Source: Octopus sinensis (taxonomy: Eukaryota). From it: a stretch of DNA of 64,000 nucleotides. The notes beneath the pieces were generated by a model that saw only the letters and a list, made by a program, of their open reading frames with translations, had not been told where the DNA came from and ran no database searches. The translations under genes were made by a program, and so were the position numbers. The stretch spans positions 118,544,001 through 118,608,000 of the forward strand of contig NC_042999.1 of the NCBI RefSeq assembly GCF_006345805.1, written 5' to 3'. Positions 55,658 to 64,000 of the stretch are shown here, piece after piece; position 1 is the stretch's first letter, and the number at the start of each line of letters is the position of its first letter.

Positions 55658-56331
55658 AAAGAAACATAATAAAATACTACAAATTATATCATTTATCTGG
55701 CACACTACATTTTTTTTTCAAGACAAAATGGACAGAACTAAATTTTAAAATTTGGGTGTAATTTGCCTAATGTCAATTGATCTTGTCTAAAATACACCTA
55801 TCATATGCTCTCATGTGCATTACTAGTAATCAACTCAAATGGTCAGCTATTACCTATCACCAAGTAGTTGAGTTTTAAAAAATTTCCTTTCTTGGTTGCA
55901 ACTATTTATTCTGTTTTGAAAAGCATTGTTTTTTCATGACAGCAATACTTGATTTGAAAATTTCCTAAAATTATCTTCTGAAGTTTTATTTACATTATTC
56001 TTTTCTTGTTTTCACTTTCTAATCTTTTGTATCGTATCTTGCTAATGTGTACTAGAAAACCTCTTGTAAATAGAATGTTCAGAAGAAAGAAAATAGTTAT
56101 AAATTTGATAAATATAATTATCATCCAAGTAATGTTTCCTTACATGAAAATCTTCTGTGAGTTTTGCATGCAATAATAGCATGCTTCCATTAATGTAATA
56201 TCTAATTTTACTCAAATACATTATCTAGGTTTAAAAGTAATTTTTCTTCAACTACTACTACTACTACTACTACTGCTGCTGCTGCTACCACCACCACCAC
56301 CACCACCACCACCATCACCACCACCACCACC

Positions 56332-56369
<38 letters not shown>

Positions 56370-57634
56370 ACACACACACACACAGAGGCACATAGTCACT
56401 TACTTTAGGGGAGGGGTATAGTCCTTCATATAGATAGTAGATATTGCCTGGTACATATTTTATTGTCCCAGGGTGGAAGAAATGAAGCCTGATCTGGATT
56501 TGAATTCAGAATGTAAAGAGATGTAATTCAATAGTGTAAAGCATTTCATTTGTCACCCTACTGATTCTGTTTTATACCACTGTAGTAGTAGTAGTAGTAG
56601 ACAAAAAGTGGAAACTGCTCTAAAGATAAAGGGTTCAACATGGGAATGGTGTAACTTCTATTACAAAGCCTTTTGGTGAAATGTGAACTTGACCTGCTTA
56701 GCACACTTCTTGATTTAGTTATGTAATTAGCAGTGCATGCCTCTTGCATCAAATTTCTACTGAAAATTTTTTCCAGGTTTCTGTTTTGACTGGTGACACT
56801 TCCTTTTAATAAATAACTACATAAACAACTTATAAACAACTACATCTGTCTCTGATTTCAAAAAACGATATTTTTAAAGTTATCAAATACAGAAGTTTTA
56901 TGAAGACACTTGGTAAGTTATCCTCATTTGCATCTATTCACACAGAGAGACTGTCTTCCAGTTTTGCCTAAAGGTACATATGAAAGTAAGATTAACAAGT
57001 TAACAAGTTTCAGTTTCCTCCAAGAAAGCTTAGCTTCTTCAAAAGTTTTTCTTGTCTTTCCCAACAGTCAAATATCTGTTTGTCAAATCAATAACTTGTG
57101 ACAGTATATTTTCTTTGATCTTTTGTTCAGAAGAGGTGTGACTCTAACCCTTCATAGGGCTTCCAAGAGCAGTAGCAGGGAGGGAGAAAGGTTTCTGAGA
57201 CTGGAGAACTAATCTAAACGCTTACAATAGAGTTAAAGGCACTATTAAGCTGAGCAAGGGTTTAAATCCACTGCCCTCATGGGTTATGAGAGGATGTAAA
57301 CTAAAATTGCATAGAAAAGAAACATCTGGTCTGACACTTTTACAATGCTGCAAATGTGATTGTGAAGCAGACATTTTAACCACACAAATCTGCTTGCATG
57401 CGTGTGTGCATTCGTAGCTGCAAGCTAGAAAATAATGTGTGCAATATAGAAACAGAATATAATTAATTGTTATAGAAACAGAATATAATTAATTGTTATA
57501 TTACTCAGAGTAATATGAATATCATTGATCTTGTAATTAATTTCTAGAAAACACAATATATATATTACAATGACACAAACGATATGTATATACATTCACT
57601 TAAATAGGAAAGTGAAATAGGAAACTGTACATAT

Positions 57635-57687
57635 GCATACACACACATAAATATATATATATATATATATAAATACATATACATACA

Positions 57688-57721
<34 letters not shown>

Positions 57722-57727
57722 CACACA

Positions 57728-57763
<36 letters not shown>

Positions 57764-57781
57764 GACACACACATACATACA

Positions 57782-57815
<34 letters not shown>

Positions 57816-57824
57816 CACACATAC

Positions 57825-57893
<69 letters not shown>

Positions 57894-57897
57894 TATA
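57635..57897. repeat. (TACA)n/(TA)n compound microsatellite
   Basis: Directly visible; abuts the PLE. Confidence 0.95.
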
Positions 57898-57952
57898 TTT
57901 TTTTTTTATATGAATAAATGATAGAATGGAGTTGAACGACGATTTAACAAAA

Positions 57953-58051
57953 TTCCTTTATTCTCGACATATGCTTTGAAGACTGCATATTCCTAATTTC
58001 GAAGGAATAAGGGGTGCATTATGCTGCCTTCTCATCAGGAAAGACAAGGAA
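57953..58051 (-). ncRNA. Hammerhead ribozyme in PLE 3' repeat (GAAA box mutated)
   Basis: ttccttgtctttc CTGATGA gaaggc...gtcttc AAAG catatg TC gagaataaaggaa; long branched stem II, palindromic stem III. Confidence 0.7.
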
Positions 58052-58618
58052 CTTATGTCAGCATCATGATGAACAAAAACTTTTAGATGACTGCTCACAC
58101 GGAGTCCATAGCGATAATGAGTGTTTCTTTAAAATATTCCGTTTAAGCAGTGACGTCAAAAATGGTTGAATGTAGAGGATTCTAGAAAGTTCAAGAGTTC
58201 AAACAAGGTTGGAAGGGGAGAGATCTAAGAATAGGAAGGTGACAGGGTGCAAGTCATATGAATGGTAATGTGTTGTTGTTTGCTTTTTCTAATGAGATTG
58301 AGTGCCTATGTGTGTGTATGTATATAACTGCATTCGTGTCTATGTGTGTGTATGTGAGTGCGTGATTGTGTGTGTGGATGGGTAGATGTCAAAAACAACT
58401 ATTGGTGAAGTGACAGGTTTGTGTCTGTGTGTTTGATTGTGCTTACGATAGAGAGAGGGAGAGAGAGAGAGAGGGGAGGGAGAGGTAGAGAGACAAAGGT
58501 AAAACATACCCCAACGAATTAGGTAGTAGTCCTTCATGAGTATAAAAAATTTGTCTATGGTGGTGTTGTATAAGTGGAACCAAATTATTAAATTCAAGGA
58601 GATTATCTATATTAATCA

Positions 58619-59098
58619 TCATTCATATGAGTGAAAGGTGTGTTTCTGCCAGTGCATGCACCTATAGGATTTTTCAACCATTGTATTTACTAAAGGGAAT
58701 TTGGCGAAAAGTATATGGAAAAGTTCGGAGTTACAGACGCCACAAAATTTTCTGCCCTTATCAAACGGAAAGGATACAGACAATATGGACCATTCCAGCT
58801 TGAAAGTTATATTGCTGTCCTTAAGACGCCAAACTAATTTACTTAGTCCTGTGCTTTGTTGTTTTCTCTTATCTCGGAAAGTTGAATAATGATTGGAAAT
58901 CCTCTGGGCTAATTTAGAAGTAGTAGCCCCAATGTAGAAGAAGACACCGGTACCGGAAGAAATTTTACACTGGTAAATGGAATTTCTAATTTTGGAATTG
59001 CTGGACAAGAACTTTAATCTGTTAGGGTTTACCTCCGAGACTAAGACGGAGTTTTTTATTGTTATGATTGCTGTTAATATTAATATTATTGCTAGCAT
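58619..59098 (-). CDS. Penelope GIY-YIG endonuclease domain (frameshifted continuation of the RT ORF)
   Basis: NSIYQCKI...FYIGAT...QRISNH...STGLSK...WSIL...CGVCNSE. Confidence 0.9.
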   Translation of the reverse strand: MLAIILILTAIITIKNSVLVSEVNPNRLKFLSSNSKIRNSIYQCKISSGTGVFFYIGATTSKLAQRISNHYSTFRDKRKQQSTGLSKLVWRLKDSNITFKLEWSILSVSFPFDKGRKFCGVCNSELFHILFAKFPLVNTMVEKSYRCMHWQKHTFHSYE

Positions 59099-60635
59099 TG
59101 ACCACTATACTATTCCTGTTATTGTCATTACTATTAATTGTACTATCGTCGGCAATTTCTCTGACTATAGGAATGCTGGGGTTGTTATCATCAATACTAC
59201 CACTGTTATTAGAAATGCTGTCGTTACTACCACTAACACTACCACTGTTAATAATCCGACTAATATTACTATTAATATTACCATTGTTAATGCCAACGCT
59301 GCTATGAATGTTGCTATTATCAATACTATTTCTATTATTATTATTATTGTATGTTTGGTTGGAATTGGTAAGAGCAGTATCATAACTCCCGGGTAATGAA
59401 TCCTTATTTAGCAGCTTGTTATTATAGGAGGCAATAATTTGCGATAGATTTCTAGTGTTAGAGAATGCAATCCTTACCTTATGCGAATTGATAGTAGAGT
59501 AATACCTAGAATTCCTGGGAAAGTTCCTAGCTACGGCTTCACGGAACTGTAAAGGAAGGTTTGACCTGATTTGTTTCCCAAAAGGTATGACAAACCAGAT
59601 ATAGTTTTTTGTGGACTTAGAATTGTTCAGAGTGTTACCATTTACATTAAAGAGAATATTTCTGTGCTGGAAAATTGGTGTTGGTTGCCAATTGCCTCCC
59701 CTGGTCCATAAATTATTTTTCTTAAGTATAGTGGTGTTGACGTTGTTAGAGCTGAAATCATTATTCACATTATTTCTATTGTAATTAATTTTCTTATCCT
59801 GAGAAGCATATATTGGTTTAGAATGGACCGGGTCGATATATGATACTTTATCTCTATAACCGGCTTTTGACAAGGCGGCGTTATAAAATTCCGCTTTTTG
59901 GTTAAAGATGTCGACATTAGCAGATAATTTTGACAGTCTTAAAGAAATATTTTTAACTAAATTATCGGTAATAGTTTTGGCATGGTTACGGAAAATGCCG
60001 ATATATTTAAGATTAGTAGAAGGCTTATGATAAGGGAAGTAAGAATTATTCTGCAGATTTAGGGTAACATCTAAGAAGTTGGCTTTAGTTAATTCGTCGT
60101 CGAAAACTATGCTCAAGCCCATTCTGCTAAAAAAACTAGCTAATCTGTTTTTAGCCTTCTGTATCCTATTGTTCGGAGTATTCTGTTGGTAAAGTAGACA
60201 ATCGTCTCGATATAGACCGCCGCAGATGTCCGGGAATTGGTCGGCCAATTCATAGAGAATATAGATTCCGACCAAATCGGCTATCTGGGCGCTATCTGTA
60301 CTTCCCATTAGCACATCGAAAGCGTTGGGGGTATCTGTGCGGACCCATAACTTATCATCGAACTGTATGAAAGATTTTCTAGCCGCTAAAATCACATTAA
60401 TTTCCTCTCTGGAGAGGCCTGTCTTATTATGTGCATGCCATAGGACTTTATTGAGCACACTAGGGTTGATCGAAGAGTAGAAACTAGATATATCGAATTG
60501 TATGAATTTTGTGTTGTCCTTATTAGTAATAGAAGTAAACCACTCTACGACTTGAGTAGAGTTAGACCATAAGCTGAGTTTTAACTTACTGATTAATATA
60601 GGTATGTATTTATCTAAAATGTACTTACTAAGGGT
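59022..60635 (-). CDS. Penelope-type reverse transcriptase (5'-truncated) with Asn-rich linker
   Basis: FIQFDISSFYSSI upstream of the called ORF start, then LMGSTDSAQIADLVG, GLYRDDCL, NFLDVTL, YHKP, FSNTRNLSQII. Confidence 0.92.
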   Translation of the reverse strand, partial: TLSKYILDKYIPILISKLKLSLWSNSTQVVEWFTSITNKDNTKFIQFDISSFYSSINPSVLNKVLWHAHNKTGLSREEINVILAARKSFIQFDDKLWVRTDTPNAFDVLMGSTDSAQIADLVGIYILYELADQFPDICGGLYRDDCLLYQQNTPNNRIQKAKNRLASFFSRMGLSIVFDDELTKANFLDVTLNLQNNSYFPYHKPSTNLKYIGIFRNHAKTITDNLVKNISLRLSKLSANVDIFNQKAEFYNAALSKAGYRDKVSYIDPVHSKPIYASQDKKINYNRNNVNNDFSSNNVNTTILKKNNLWTRGGNWQPTPIFQHRNILFNVNGNTLNNSKSTKNYIWFVIPFGKQIRSNLPLQFREAVARNFPRNSRYYSTINSHKVRIAFSNTRNLSQIIASYNNKLLNKDSLPGSYDTALTNSNQTYNNNNNRNSIDNSNIHSSVGINNGNINSNISRIINSGSVSGSNDSISNNSGSIDDNNPSIPIVREIADDSTINSNDNNRNSIVVNASNNININSNHNNKKLRLSLGGKP

Positions 60636-61469
60636 CTTTCATTTATTTGTATTAAAAAAAACACAAATTTCCACACGAAAGCACGTGATCTCTGCCCTTG
60701 GCATGTAGCTTCAACCGTGTTTTTCTGACGTGAATTTGCTACCTGTGTATCGGTTAACCGAATTATCCATACTAGGATAATTCATTCAACTACTTAAATA
60801 TATTTTTCTATGTATATATCGTCATCATGAGCATCATAATCATAACCTAACATTCGTCTTCCATGCTGGTATTCATTAGAGAGTTTAAAGAATCTGATTA
60901 ACCAGAGCTCCAATGTTTGTATTGGTTTGGTTCCACTGGTTGGATATTCTTCCTAATGCCAGCCAATTTACAGAGTGTACTGGGTGCATTTTTCTTCTTG
61001 TGTGTGTGTGTGTGTGGCACTGACACTAGTCAGGTTTCCAAATAGCTCACAATGCTAGCCACCTGACTGGAATGGAGCATCATACTGTATTAAGGTAGCT
61101 GGCTTTGAGCCAGGTTTTGAGAGGTTAAAGTATGATAGAATGACATGAATATTACTGCTTTTATGTTCAGTTATAAGAAAAAAAACAATTTTATATTAAT
61201 CTGAAGGGTCATTCCATACATTGTAAAGAACAAATTTATTATTCTTTGACAAGAATAGAATTGGAAGTTACTTTGAAGTTTCAACCAGTTAAGCTGTTTG
61301 GTTGGCTAAAACTTCAGTCACTATTAATACTGTTCTGCTGGTTTAAGAATAATATAACCATACATACATACATACATACACACATATATGCACGTGCGTG
61401 AGTTGTCTAAGAGACCATAAGTCAGGGAAAATATGCACTCGTATATCTGTCAGTAGAGTGGGTACATTA

Positions 61470-61943
61470 TTCGAAATGTATTGTATTAAATATCCATCAT
61501 GGCTGATCTTACCAATCAGTTTTGCATAAAGAATACAATGGAGTGTTAGGTAACAGGCTGATTATATAACTTTACGCTCATCAGAGTTAGCTGATATGAA
61601 AGGGAATATGGAGACTGCTCACTTTTGTTGAAGGTGGATTAGCACAACTGGTCAGGGGCTGCTGTGACAAAGGTGGTAGAATGAAAAGGGCCAGGACATA
61701 ACTTCTAAACTAATACCCTGGCCCTTTTTCATTCCATGACCTTGTTCATGGCAGCCACTGACAAGATGTGAAAATCCATCTCTGACAATAGAGAGCAGTC
61801 GCCATATTCCCTTCCATATTGGCTAACTCTGATGAGCATAAAGTTATATAATCAGTTTGTTACCTAACACTCCATTGCATTCTTTATGCAAAAATGGTTG
61901 GTAAGATCAGGTGAGATGGATATTTAATACTATACATTTCAAA
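61470..61943. repeat. Foldback/MITE: ~225-bp inverted arms, 21-nt loop
   Basis: 61473-61695 vs 61717-61940, about 85% identical by manual count; a related arm fragment lies at ~63613-63731. Confidence 0.9.
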
Positions 61944-62952
61944 TTATATACACATATACATATATACATACATATATATAAATATACACACGTATATATA
62001 TATATATAAACACGCATATGTGTGTGCTTGCATGTGTGTGCATACATGTGTATGCATGCATGTGAGAGTGTGTTTATGTAAGTATCTACATACACTTGTG
62101 AGTGGATATGCATGCTCAAATATCTACACAATCATACACAAACACACAAACAATTAAATGTGTGTAGCAATAGTGGAAAGAGACATTTCCCACAAAAATA
62201 TATTATCACGTAACCACTTATTCAGCCATGTATTCATAATGCCATATTTATTCTTGTTCTATGGAAGGTACAGAATTCTTAGCATTCTACACCCTACTCC
62301 ACCCGATTTAAATAACAACCTTATTTCTCATAGTGTTATTCCAAGTGAATTATTACCACCACCAACACCTTTGATGACATTGTCATTGGAATCATCAAAA
62401 TTTTGTCATTGAGGGTGTCATCAACATCATTATTGTTGTCTTTCTTATTATCATTGTTTCATCATTGTCATCATCAATTTAACCATTATTGTGATTTCAC
62501 TATCATCATGAATAAGGCAGTGAGCTGACAGAATCATTAGCACACTGGATGAAATGATTTGTGGTGATTTGCCTGTTGCTATATTCTGAGTTCAAATTCT
62601 GTCGAGGTTGACTTTGCTTTTCATCCTTTTGGGGGTCAATCAATAAATTAAGTACCAGTGGGTCTTATATATATATATTATATATAGTCAATTCGAGGAT
62701 GCCAGGTCCTCATTAGGGATTAAATAATCTAAACATTTCACTGTTTAATCACTATCATATTAGGAGAAAGTCATGGCAATATGTTAGGGATTATTATAGT
62801 AATATATATTGTTAATAATGAAAGAAAGAAATGGAGAATTATGGATGCATAAATAATTTATTTGTATGATATAATGAAGCTGAAAGTTTTTTTAATAAAA
62901 ATACTACAAATAAATTATAAATTATAAAGCTCTAAAAGAAATGGCAGATGTC

Positions 62953-63059
62953 AAAACTCTACATATATGTTTCAATTCATGCCTCTAGGTGATTCATAAT
63001 TTTAAGCATTGGGGTAGGGTCATATGCTAAGAATTGGTCATCACTTTCATCAGGGCCTT
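62953..63059 (-). ncRNA. Possible decayed hammerhead in a (TA)n-anchored element (62688-63070)
   Basis: CTGATGA aa...long internal stem...tt GAAA catatatg TA; palindromic stem III but poor stem I. Confidence 0.45.
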
Positions 63060-63324
63060 ATGAGCTTATACAACAAAGGTTAACATATTTCTTGAAAGGA
63101 TGCACTTAATTTTAAAATCTACTTTTCCATGCTTCTATGGGACAGAGTTTTATTGAGGTAGATGTCATTTTCTGTTTCCAAATTGGATAACATTTCTACA
63201 TGGTCAGATATGTTTCTGCAAACTATTAGAAATGAATGAGACTAATTGTATGACAATAACACTCATTTACAATTATCATGTACTGTCATAAAAGGAGACA
63301 AAACATGCACAGAAGACACACATG

Positions 63325-63355
<31 letters not shown>

Positions 63356-64000
63356 ACATGCACGCACACATGCACAAACACACAAACATATATACGCATG
63401 CTAGATTTCTGTGCAGTTTATTGTGTACCAAATTCCACTCACTCTATCAAATTTACTTCAAAGCTCTAGCAGAAGGCACTTGGCAAATGTTCCAAACAGT
63501 GGAATCAAATACAAAACCATGTAACTGTGAAGCAAACTTCTTGACCATAAATCTAATCTTATACCTATACATATATAATGATGTGATGATGATGATGATG
63601 ATATATATATATTATTTGAAGTGTATAGTATTATATATCCATTAGGGCCGATCTTACCAATTGGTTTTGCACTTGGGGGTTCAATGGAGTGTTAGGTAAC
63701 ATCCGATTATGTATCCCTGCACCCTTCAGAGGATTAATAAATGCAGGCATATATCTAGAAAGCTCTCAGTATTAAGCGAACTTGGTTAACTGCATCAAAC
63801 AATCAGATATCAATAAATTCAAATAGAATTAACATCCAAGGTAATTTCTCATGTATGATAGCCAAATCCAAATATCACTTAGAAGAATTTTAAGAAATCT
63901 GGTGTATATAGTAACATGAACAAGGATGGTGAAAATCACATCTATAATTGATAATACACCATACATCACTGATGATCATTTCTCTTATGCCAGAATATTT

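Larger units (their letters stand above)
57900..60795 (-). mobile_element. Penelope-like retroelement, 5'-truncated, with inverted terminal piece (60636-60795)
   Basis: RT and GIY-YIG ORFs, 3' UTR with HHR; the right end carries the family 3' terminus in the opposite orientation (homologous to the reverse complement of 2908-2990). Confidence 0.9.

Noticed and set aside
61788-61850. CTGATGA within the large foldback
   Set aside because: No properly spaced GAAA/UH and stems; not a hammerhead.

Overview
AT-rich, microsatellite-dense eukaryotic DNA. The SINE families and (TA)n/(CA)n/(AAT)n load suggest an octopus/cephalopod genome, which is an inference, not a database result. No host protein-coding exon is supportable; almost all listed ORFs are translations of simple repeats. 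The window is a mosaic of mobile DNA: at least four SINE families, RTE and CR1-type LINE remnants, a decayed Ty3/Gypsy pol, two solo LTRs, non-autonomous Helitrons, a Helentron/DINE-type element, piggyBac and Tc1/mariner MITEs, long foldback elements, and three Penelope-like element (PLE) coding remnants (one with nearly intact RT + GIY-YIG at 58.6-60.6 kb). The main hidden signal is about ten type-I hammerhead ribozyme (HHR) motifs, intact or decayed, on both strands. They sit in PLE termini and in short non-coding PLE-dependent elements, usually embedded in (TA)n. These include a 499-bp retrozyme-like unit with direct repeats, a tRNA-headed SINE with an HHR tail inserted as an inverted dimer, a minimal-HHR family with an apparent CCGACGA core, and DNA hairpins made of two inverted 3' halves of an HHR. 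All alignments and folds were done by eye and boundaries are approximate unless a TSD/TIR is quoted.
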